Shown here piece by piece: positions 27,718 through 35,838 of a DNA stretch of 64,000 bases. A program made the translations under genes and the position numbers. Source of the DNA: Chlamydiota bacterium (GTDB lineage: Bacteria; Chlamydiota; Chlamydiia; Chlamydiales; JAAZZY01); assembly GCA_022601335.1 (NCBI GenBank), contig JAJACV010000025.1:1-64000 (forward strand). The letters are read 5' to 3'. The notes beneath the pieces are model-generated. The model was not told the origin of the DNA, did not search any database, and saw nothing but the letters and a program-made list of their open reading frames with translations. Position 1 is the first letter of the stretch, and each line of letters begins with the position of its first letter.

Positions 27718-29787
27718 ATGCTCAAACTTCCTGAATTTACGACAGATCCCAAAACATATCTTAGTGCCAAGAAAGAATTTCAGGGCCCACTATGTTCCTT
27801 TAAGGCTCGTTGTCCACTGAATTCTTCAGTGCATCATCATCATAAATTTGAAGAAAGTCTTATTCATGAGATTATGACTCTACCTCATACTCAAACGAAA
27901 AAATTTACTGAACATATAGAAGAGAATTGCCTTTCTATCAAAAATATAATAACACATTACAAGAAGGATCGCGATTTTTCAAAGATGAAAGAAAAATCGA
28001 ACGACCTAAATACTTACTATGAATTAGTTGAAACTTTAATAAAAGAATTCAACCCTGATCTTAATAGCTCACATACAATAGACGATAAAGAAACTTCAAT
28101 TATTACTGAAATTTCAAGTGATTATAAAGGAGACCAATCAACTTATTTTAAAATAGTTGATTTACTAACCAGTAATAAAGCAGATATAAACAAGACTAAT
28201 TCAATTAGACAAACAGCTCTTCATCAAGTAACTCACAACTGGGGTACCAATAAAGAGGTGAATTATTTACTTGAGCTCAATGCTGATCCTAACATCGCAG
28301 ATTTCCTAGAAACCACTCCTCTTGACAATGCCCTAGCAAAACAAGATTCTGAAATGGTGAACACTCTACTTAAATTCAACGCCGAACCGGGGACCTCTTC
28401 TATACCGGGGACCTCTTCTATAAAGGAGTCAAAGAAAAAAAATGCGGAACGTCTTACTAAGATTGTACATAGCGGCACATCTGAAGAACTAGAAACGCTA
28501 CTTAAATCCAATGTCGATCCGAACTACAAAACTACATATGGCTACTCCCCTCTTCATCACGCTGCCATACGAGGAAATCCTAAGGGCATACAACTTTTAC
28601 TCAATGCGAATGCCGATCCAGAAGCTACATACATGAGTGAAGTAACTCCTTATGACCTAGTTCAGGTTTATGGAGATGAAAAGGCTAAAAATTTGATACC
28701 TAAACCAACCAAAACAAAAACCATACTTCCAAAAAAGATAAGAAATATTGATGAAAATCTTCCAACACAAGCAGAAGACATTAATAAATTGAGAGAAGTA
28801 GAGGATACATGTCTAGAGCCTTTCTGCGAGAAGGTTCATACATATCAACGAAATGTTTTTCACGACATCCTTTATCTAGCAAATCAGGAAAATCCTCCTA
28901 GTGAAAAAATAATCTATAATTCAATCAAATCTCTAATTAAGAATAAAGCTGATGTAAATACAGCCTTAGAGTCTAAAGACTCGAATAAATTCCATCCCCT
29001 TTTTCTAGCAACACACATTTCGATGAGAAATAAGCCATTATCCACACGATTAGTTAAACTCTTGCTTGCTAATAATGCTGATATGAACAAAGGCCCTGGA
29101 TCCGAGCTCGTTGAAGTTGCTACCACACATGAAAACAGCGAACTTTTAGAATTGCTCCTTAAAAACGACCCCCGTTTAATAAACACAACTGATAAAGACA
29201 GCAACACTCTTCTTCAACTGTCTACTCTTAACAAAAAGAGTGAGACTCTAAAAGTCCTTCTTAGCAATAAGCCCTATTTAGAGCGTCCAAAGCCAGATGG
29301 CAGAACCCCTCTTCATTTAACAGCTAAGGTGGGAACAGCTGCAAACCTAAAACTTCTGCTTGAAGCTAAAGCCAGCCCAATAGCTATAGATAAAGACCTA
29401 ATGACTCCCCTTCACTACGCTGCTCGACGAGGAACACATTTAGGCGTACAACTTTTACTCAATGCGAATGCCGATCCAGAAGCCAAAGATATAAATGGAA
29501 CAACCCCTTTTCAACTAGCTAATAGACATGGAACTGAAGAGACCCAAGCCCTTATGAAGAGCTTCAAAAAAAATCCTAACTCCTTGTCTTTTGGAAAGAT
29601 AACAAGAACTTTTGTTTCTTATTCTTTATTTGCTTTAGCTGTCTCTTTAGCATATCAATCCTACTTCTTGGGCGATGATACAGACACGCAATGCTCTGAG
29701 TATCCTCCCGAAAGTGATTTACTAAGAGGGTGGTTTGGTGGAACCCTAGGCACATCTTATGAAGATTGTATTTCAAATTTAAATTAA
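27718..29787 (+). CDS. Ankyrin-repeat protein with a C-terminal transmembrane segment
   Basis: Multiple ANK repeats (TALH.A...G....V..LL..GADPN-type; repeated GIQLLLNANADPEA and GVQLLLNANADPEA). A C-terminal hydrophobic helix reads FVSYSLFALAVSLAY. Confidence 0.8.
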   Translation: MLKLPEFTTDPKTYLSAKKEFQGPLCSFKARCPLNSSVHHHHKFEESLIHEIMTLPHTQTKKFTEHIEENCLSIKNIITHYKKDRDFSKMKEKSNDLNTYYELVETLIKEFNPDLNSSHTIDDKETSIITEISSDYKGDQSTYFKIVDLLTSNKADINKTNSIRQTALHQVTHNWGTNKEVNYLLELNADPNIADFLETTPLDNALAKQDSEMVNTLLKFNAEPGTSSIPGTSSIKESKKKNAERLTKIVHSGTSEELETLLKSNVDPNYKTTYGYSPLHHAAIRGNPKGIQLLLNANADPEATYMSEVTPYDLVQVYGDEKAKNLIPKPTKTKTILPKKIRNIDENLPTQAEDINKLREVEDTCLEPFCEKVHTYQRNVFHDILYLANQENPPSEKIIYNSIKSLIKNKADVNTALESKDSNKFHPLFLATHISMRNKPLSTRLVKLLLANNADMNKGPGSELVEVATTHENSELLELLLKNDPRLINTTDKDSNTLLQLSTLNKKSETLKVLLSNKPYLERPKPDGRTPLHLTAKVGTAANLKLLLEAKASPIAIDKDLMTPLHYAARRGTHLGVQLLLNANADPEAKDINGTTPFQLANRHGTEETQALMKSFKKNPNSLSFGKITRTFVSYSLFALAVSLAYQSYFLGDDTDTQCSEYPPESDLLRGWFGGTLGTSYEDCISNLN
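28387..28422 (+). repeat. Perfect 18-bp tandem duplication (ccggggacctcttctata x2) encoding PGTSSI-PGTSSI inside the ankyrin gene
   Basis: Two identical adjacent copies are seen directly in the sequence; the duplication is in frame. Confidence 0.85.
28540..28625 (+). repeat. About 85-nt intragenic direct repeat, copy 1 (copy 2 at 29407..29483, ~85% identity), with an identical 35-nt core caacttttactcaatgcgaatgccgatccagaagc
   Basis: The 35-mer is identical at 28591-28625 and 29449-29483. Flanking ANK-repeat codons are similar. Confidence 0.8.
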
Positions 29788-29923
29788 AGCTCTAGTCTTG
29801 AAACTATTATGATTTTCTGAACCACCTGGCTAAAAAGCTAAGCGTTTTATTGATTTGATCGAATCAAGAGCCCATTCATTTAATAAAATGAGCCCTATCT
29901 AGATTTTCTTAAAAAAAAATCTT

Positions 29924-31294
29924 TTAAACCTCTCTTTCAACGACGGCTTCTTTGGCCTCTATTTTTTCTGACAACGAACCCTCTTTAACCTGTCCTAGGA
30001 AAGTCGGTAGATCCAGGCCTGCCATTGAAGCTACATCATGCAGCGCTGGAAGAGATTTTACCATACCACTTACAAAGTTAGAGGTAGTCGTTTTTCCATT
30101 TGAGTTTTCTTGCCCACCATCCCAAACTGTAATTTTGTCAATTTTTAAATTTTTAATTGCTTCAGCTTGCAATGAAACCAATTTTTCAAGCTTTTCAACA
30201 AGAAGCATCGTTGATGCTTTTTCTGCGCTATTACCACAAGCTGTTACAAGATCTTGGTAACCTTGAGATTTAGCTTTCAACACATCTGAAATACCTCGAG
30301 CTTCTGCTTGTTTCAAGTTAACAATCGCTTCAGCTTCCCCTTTGGAGTGCAGCACTTCTTGTTGAGCTTTTGCTTGTGCATCAATTTCAATTTTTCTTTT
30401 TTCAATTTCTTTCGGAAGAACTTCTTCTACTTCAAGCCTTTTTTGTTCAGCAACACTTCTTGAAGCTTGAATTTCAATCTGTGCTTTTTGCTTTGCAATC
30501 TCACTAATTTGGTGAGCTTGAGCTTCTTTTTCAGCGAGTGCTGAATTCGCCATAGCCACTTGAGCTTTAGCTAGGTTTTCACCTTCAACACCTTGTGCTT
30601 GAAACGTAGTTACTTGAATTTGTCTTTCTTTGTCCGCTGATGCTTTCCCAATTTCACCTTGTTTCTCTTGCTCTGCCACATCAATTTTAGCCTGATTTAC
30701 TGCACGAGCAATCGCTTTTTTACCAATGCTCTCAATATAATCGGACTCATCTGTAATATCAGTAATATTTACATTAATTAAAGTTAAGCCAATTTTGTGA
30801 AGTTCAGGTTCAATATTATTTTTAATAGAATCTAAAAAGCGCTCTCTATCTTGGTTTATCTCTTCAATACGCAGAGAAGCCACAGTTAATCTTAGTTGCC
30901 CTAAAATAATTTCTGTAGCCATTGACTCAATCTCTTGATTTTTCAGAGTCAGTATACGAACAGCGGCGTGATTCATTACTTCTCTATCCGTTCCTATTGC
31001 AACGGTAAAAGTACTTGGCACATTAATTCGAATGTTTTGCTGAGAAAGAGCCCCTTTTAAAGGAATATGTATCGTTCTAGGTGTTAAGTCAAGATAAGCA
31101 CTGTCTTGAATAAGAGGCCAAACGAAAGTTCCTCCGCCATGATAACATTGGACTGTTTTTTCATTAGCAATACGTCCAAAAACGACTAAAACTTTATTTG
31201 AGGGACATCTTTTATAAATTCTAGCTAAAAAAAGAATCACTGAAAATAAAGAGACGATAAAAATAACGACTCCCATTGATGCATAATTTGTCAT
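29924..31294 (-). CDS. Flotillin-like SPFH/band-7 protein (YqiK/FloT family)
   Basis: N-terminal TM, an SPFH domain (VVFGR...V..GG..FVWP) and a long Ala/Glu/Gln/Lys-rich coiled-coil with EA-repeats. Confidence 0.8.
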   Translation of the reverse strand: MTNYASMGVVIFIVSLFSVILFLARIYKRCPSNKVLVVFGRIANEKTVQCYHGGGTFVWPLIQDSAYLDLTPRTIHIPLKGALSQQNIRINVPSTFTVAIGTDREVMNHAAVRILTLKNQEIESMATEIILGQLRLTVASLRIEEINQDRERFLDSIKNNIEPELHKIGLTLINVNITDITDESDYIESIGKKAIARAVNQAKIDVAEQEKQGEIGKASADKERQIQVTTFQAQGVEGENLAKAQVAMANSALAEKEAQAHQISEIAKQKAQIEIQASRSVAEQKRLEVEEVLPKEIEKRKIEIDAQAKAQQEVLHSKGEAEAIVNLKQAEARGISDVLKAKSQGYQDLVTACGNSAEKASTMLLVEKLEKLVSLQAEAIKNLKIDKITVWDGGQENSNGKTTTSNFVSGMVKSLPALHDVASMAGLDLPTFLGQVKEGSLSEKIEAKEAVVEREV

Positions 31295-31304
31295 AAAAAT
31301 TTTC

Positions 31305-31862
31305 CTATTTTACACGTCTCACTATAACGGTTTTGTTGTCTATAATTTTAATAATTTCTACAGATTGAAAAGAAGGTATCTCTCGGTTGTCAATAGAGAC
31401 CGCGTCCAGCTCTCGACAGAAATCGTCAATAATAACTTGGACGACACCTCTTTTGTTCTCTCGTATAGCCTGATACACTTTAGCTTGTTTGCCAACACTA
31501 TTTTGAATATTAAAGATGGTTCCTCTGCTCATCATTTTCTTAGCGCTTTTAAATAAATATCGTGTCGATACTAAAAAAGCGATTCCACAAACAACCCCTA
31601 TAAGAATAGAGGTAAAGGAAGAAAAAGCAAATTGTCTAGCTCCTGCAAGTCCTCCCCATCCAAACATCATCAAAAATCCAAAAATAGTATTCAAAGAAAA
31701 AAATTGAAAAGCATGGTCACTTCCATGGTCTGAGATTCCATCTAAGGAGTCTGAGTCTACAGCACCTAAAAGACTGAGTAGAAACAACAACAAATAGACA
31801 GCACTACCCGTCCAGGCGCATATTGAAAAAACGGACGTGAAATCAAAAAACTGAAAATTCAC
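31305..31862 (-). CDS. NfeD-like membrane protein (YqiJ-type partner of flotillin)
   Basis: Hydrophobic N-terminal half plus a C-terminal soluble OB-like beta domain. Sits immediately upstream of the flotillin gene on the same strand with a 10-nt gap. Confidence 0.6.
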   Translation of the reverse strand: MNFQFFDFTSVFSICAWTGSAVYLLLFLLSLLGAVDSDSLDGISDHGSDHAFQFFSLNTIFGFLMMFGWGGLAGARQFAFSSFTSILIGVVCGIAFLVSTRYLFKSAKKMMSRGTIFNIQNSVGKQAKVYQAIRENKRGVVQVIIDDFCRELDAVSIDNREIPSFQSVEIIKIIDNKTVIVRRVK

Positions 31863-32027
31863 AAATACCCCCCTGCTTTACCACGAGGATTTTAGCTATG
31901 AAATTCAATCTTGTCAAGCTAGAATAGGTATTGTTGCGGAAACCTTAACACCTAAAAAACTTGCTGTATTTTCAAAACATAACCTATTCTTTTCGTAATT
32001 TTACATCTTCGATCTAAGGAAATAGCT

Positions 32028-33413
32028 ATGACAACATTTGAGACTAGAGTGAAAGCTTTTACAAACTTTTATTCGAGGGCAGCTCAGGAATATGAACCTT
32101 CTTGTGCCGAAGATATTTCCAAGAAAGAATTTCAAACACTTGCTGCCTATGCATCTCGCCTGACTGAACATGCCCTTAGTGATCAACCGTTGACAAAGCT
32201 TACAGCTGAGAGTTTAGACGACATTAAAGCCCCTTTTGACAAAACCTTTCAATTATTAAAAGATCCCTTCAGATCTAGAAAAAAAGATCTAGAGCAAATT
32301 ATTTATGAAATTTATGGAACCACTCTTGTTATCGAGGACAAAAAGAAAGATCCTCTTAACAATAAAGGACCTTTTTGCAACAACTGCAAGATATTCGACG
32401 TGCAAGCTGAGCGTTTACGAGAATCTCTTTTAGTCGACAATAATGGCAATCCCTCAAAATACATGCCTATCAGAAAGCTTCTTTCAGATAAAGAAAGCCT
32501 CTACTCACTTGTTGCTCTTAGATATCTAATAGAGCAAAGAGAGGACAGCGAAGCCACTGAAACTTTAATTGCTGCTAGTTCCTCAGGCAACCTGGCCGCT
32601 ATAGAGCTAGCTCTTAAAATGAACGCTGATATTAATGGAACTACTTCTAATCAAAAGCTTCCTCCCTTAGCTACCGCTGCCCAATCACAATCCTTAGCTG
32701 CAATTGAAAGACTCTTGCAAGTAGATGAAATTGATGTTAACTTAAACTTTCCTCTTTGCCGAGCCACAGCAAATATTGATCCCTGCCCTAAAACAATAAA
32801 GTTATTAGCCCAAGATTCGAGAACCAAGTTGGAGCTCCAATACAAGAGAAATCCTTTGACTTCCGAAATCAAAGAAACCGCTCTCTCGTTTGCCACACAC
32901 CCCTTTATTAAAGATAAAACAATCGATCCAACAGAATCTCTGCGCGTTCTCATAGATCTTGATCGTATAGATCTGAATATGACTAATTCTGATGGAAGCA
33001 CAGCGCTTCTAAAAGCCATACATCAGAACAATCCCGAAGCTGCGGAGCTTTTATGCAAAGCGAAGTCCTTTAATGTAAATTTAGCTGATCATGGAGGAAT
33101 CTCTCCCTTATTCTTAGCTCTTCATCATGACAGCAGTAAATTCCTAGGCTATCTTGTCAGTAGAGAGGACTTAGATATCAATAGACTGGATCTCGATCGA
33201 CATTTTCACTTTTCGGATGACATTAGATCCAAAAAGTCTGCTTTAATGCTGGCTATTGAAATGCGTAAAGAAGAACATGCTCACTTTATTCTTTCTCATC
33301 CAAAATTAGATGTAAACTATCGAACAGAAGAGAAGTCGACTTTAGATTTTGCAGATAGCAGACCTAAGACATCTGAGTTAATACAGCAACACCCAAATTT
33401 CAAAAGTATTTAG
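32028..33413 (+). CDS. Ankyrin-repeat protein
   Basis: Repeated TALL.A...N..A...LL motifs (e.g. GSTALLKAIHQNNPEAAELLCKA, SPLFLALHHDSSKFLGYLV). Confidence 0.75.
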   Translation: MTTFETRVKAFTNFYSRAAQEYEPSCAEDISKKEFQTLAAYASRLTEHALSDQPLTKLTAESLDDIKAPFDKTFQLLKDPFRSRKKDLEQIIYEIYGTTLVIEDKKKDPLNNKGPFCNNCKIFDVQAERLRESLLVDNNGNPSKYMPIRKLLSDKESLYSLVALRYLIEQREDSEATETLIAASSSGNLAAIELALKMNADINGTTSNQKLPPLATAAQSQSLAAIERLLQVDEIDVNLNFPLCRATANIDPCPKTIKLLAQDSRTKLELQYKRNPLTSEIKETALSFATHPFIKDKTIDPTESLRVLIDLDRIDLNMTNSDGSTALLKAIHQNNPEAAELLCKAKSFNVNLADHGGISPLFLALHHDSSKFLGYLVSREDLDINRLDLDRHFHFSDDIRSKKSALMLAIEMRKEEHAHFILSHPKLDVNYRTEEKSTLDFADSRPKTSELIQQHPNFKSI

Positions 33414-33449
33414 CTTTACTTACTCTTTGAGTTGTATTAGGATATTTTC

Positions 33450-34034
33450 ATGTTAATATTAGCTTCATCTTCCCCAAGACGAAAAGAAATTTTAGATTTC
33501 TTTTCTATTCCATACAAGCAAGCCAACCCTCCGTTTGATGAGGATACTTTACAATTTCAGGGAGATCCTAAAGCGCTTGTCAAAGATCTTTCGAAAGGGA
33601 AAGCGCTTAGCTTAGTCAAAAGATTTCCAAAAGATATTATCTTAGCTGCAGACACACTCGTTTATTATGAAGGAAGCATTTTAGGTAAGCCTAAAAGCGT
33701 TGAAGACGCTATTAAAATGCTAGAGATGCTTCAAGGTAAATGGCACCAGGTTTTTACTGGAATCACTGTTTTAAATCCGAGCCATCAAATTACAGATGTA
33801 GAAGAGAGCCGCATTTTATTTAAAGATTGCTCTGAATCTGAAATTAAAAAATATGTCTCTAGTATCCACTGTTTAGATAAAGCCGGTTCCTACGCTATAC
33901 AAGGAGCTGGAAATATCCTAATTGAGAAAATGGAGGGGTGCTTTTATAACACTTGCGGATTACCTATAAATGCGTTAGAAAGGTCTTTAAAAGTTTTAGG
34001 CCTCAGTTTATGGAATTATCTAAAGTCACCTTAA
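33450..34034 (+). CDS. maf: Maf-like nucleoside triphosphate pyrophosphatase
   Basis: LILASSSPRRKEIL N-terminus, DT.V motif and YAIQG; 194 aa. Confidence 0.85.
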   Translation: MLILASSSPRRKEILDFFSIPYKQANPPFDEDTLQFQGDPKALVKDLSKGKALSLVKRFPKDIILAADTLVYYEGSILGKPKSVEDAIKMLEMLQGKWHQVFTGITVLNPSHQITDVEESRILFKDCSESEIKKYVSSIHCLDKAGSYAIQGAGNILIEKMEGCFYNTCGLPINALERSLKVLGLSLWNYLKSP

Positions 34035-35764
34035 TTGCTCTAGCTAGCTGCGCATTATGTACAAGTTGCGCGCTCAAACAACAAGAAATGAGTGAAGCTG
34101 ATAGTAGACTGCTTCAAAAAAGTCTTGAAACCTCGATGACTCCCACTTCTCTTGAGACAGAAGATACTCTTTCATTTTACTCAGCACTCCCACGTAGTAC
34201 AAAAGAAGCTTTAACGTCTTATAACCAAATGTACCAATACGGCGGTATGCATGATTACGATTATCTGCAAAAACTTGGCATCCGTTTTCTAGAAGAATCG
34301 TTAAGTGAATTCGACCCAGAATCGCAGCTACTAAGTATTTATGGAGCCTCCATTGCCAAAAACAACAAACTTCTTCCTATTTTAGAAAAAGCCCTTTCAA
34401 GTGAGCATCCTCAAGTGCAGATAGCCGCTATACGCGCTTTATCTGACTATCACGACGATGACGCAGATCGCATCCTTGTCAAAGGGATGCAGTCTAATTA
34501 CCTCGAAGTTTGTTTTGAAACAGCTTTTGTGCTCGCCCTCAATAAACATCCTGAGGCGATGGGCTATATCGAATCTCTTATGAATAAAGTTCCGGACCCA
34601 TTTCATTATTTATTTCCCACTCTTTATGCTATTTTAGACACGCCTCAGTCATCAAAGTCGTTAAAGAAGTTTTTCCAAAGCCCTGACCAAACTGTGCGCG
34701 TCGAAGCTATTTTATCTGCGGCTCGAGTCAGCCGCTATGATTTACTCCCTTCTATCCGATCTTTATCTCTACACCATGAAATAGCTGAGCAAGAAGCGTG
34801 CGCTTTTACTTTAGGACACCTACAGGATGAAGCTTCCGTATCAACCCTTGAAGAACTCATGAAAAGCCCTTCCGAGTACGTAGCGCTCTCGGCTATGCTT
34901 GCTCTTTATAAGCTAGGAAGATCTGAAGTTATTTCTGACATAGAATCCCTAGCCACACAAGGCAACATTTTTGCTATTCAAATCCTTCGAGATTGCCACT
35001 GCGACGAAAAAATTCTAGAAGCTTTGGCCTATCACCCACAAGAACAAGTACGACTCAATGCGGGACTCGCTCTTCTAAAAAAGAAAAACCCACTATGCTT
35101 AACTGAAGTGCGTCAAATTTTAGTTCCCAATCAATCTCAACTATTTGTCGTTCCCGCTCAATCTCCTGGTAAAGCGCTGGCTGCAAAAAAATGGACTTTA
35201 GCCTCTCCGAGTACATTGCGATCCAACCCTTTTATTAAAGAAATTTCCAACCAAGTAAGACGAGAAATTTTAACAGAGTGTTTAGAACTACCTGAAAGCC
35301 TGTTCTTAACCTTAGCTTCTGAAATTGTAGACTCTGGAGACAATGATTTAATTCCAGATGTCATAGCCCTGGTACAATCTTTAAAAACCTCCAATGCCAT
35401 TGCTCTTTTAAAAGAGTGGCAAAGAAAGGTCGGTCATCCGTATGTCAGAGCATGGAGCAACTTAGCTCTTTTCAATTTAGATCAAAACGGTCCTTGGAAG
35501 GAAAACATTATCTCTTGGGTTAAAAAACAAAAATATCACCCTATGATACGCCTCAAGCCTATTGTCCCTTGGAGTAAAAAATCTTCGTCTTCAAAGTTTG
35601 AACTTACAGCAGAAGAAAAATCTCAATTACTTATTCAATCCTACTTAGCAATAGCCCTTCGACAAGAAGAGGGTGGCATTGAGATGATTCTTTCCCATTT
35701 AGATGCCCAAAACTCTAAAAACAAGTATGCGCTTGCAGGGATTCTTATCAAAGCAACCGAGTAA
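34010..35764 (+). CDS. HEAT-repeat (PBS-lyase-like) protein with an N-terminal lipoprotein-type signal
   Basis: The signal/lipobox-like stretch LIALASCALCTSC follows the ATG at 34010. Repeated HEAT-like units recur as VQIAAIRALS, VRVEAILSAA and VRLNAGLALL. The gene overlaps the maf 3' end by 25 nt. Confidence 0.6.
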   Translation: MELSKVTLIALASCALCTSCALKQQEMSEADSRLLQKSLETSMTPTSLETEDTLSFYSALPRSTKEALTSYNQMYQYGGMHDYDYLQKLGIRFLEESLSEFDPESQLLSIYGASIAKNNKLLPILEKALSSEHPQVQIAAIRALSDYHDDDADRILVKGMQSNYLEVCFETAFVLALNKHPEAMGYIESLMNKVPDPFHYLFPTLYAILDTPQSSKSLKKFFQSPDQTVRVEAILSAARVSRYDLLPSIRSLSLHHEIAEQEACAFTLGHLQDEASVSTLEELMKSPSEYVALSAMLALYKLGRSEVISDIESLATQGNIFAIQILRDCHCDEKILEALAYHPQEQVRLNAGLALLKKKNPLCLTEVRQILVPNQSQLFVVPAQSPGKALAAKKWTLASPSTLRSNPFIKEISNQVRREILTECLELPESLFLTLASEIVDSGDNDLIPDVIALVQSLKTSNAIALLKEWQRKVGHPYVRAWSNLALFNLDQNGPWKENIISWVKKQKYHPMIRLKPIVPWSKKSSSSKFELTAEEKSQLLIQSYLAIALRQEEGGIEMILSHLDAQNSKNKYALAGILIKATE

Positions 35765-35838
35765 ACTCTTAACTATTCATTTACTCATTGTTTTGCTAAA
35801 CTCCGTGGAAAATTTCATGCGAGATTAAATTAATTAGC

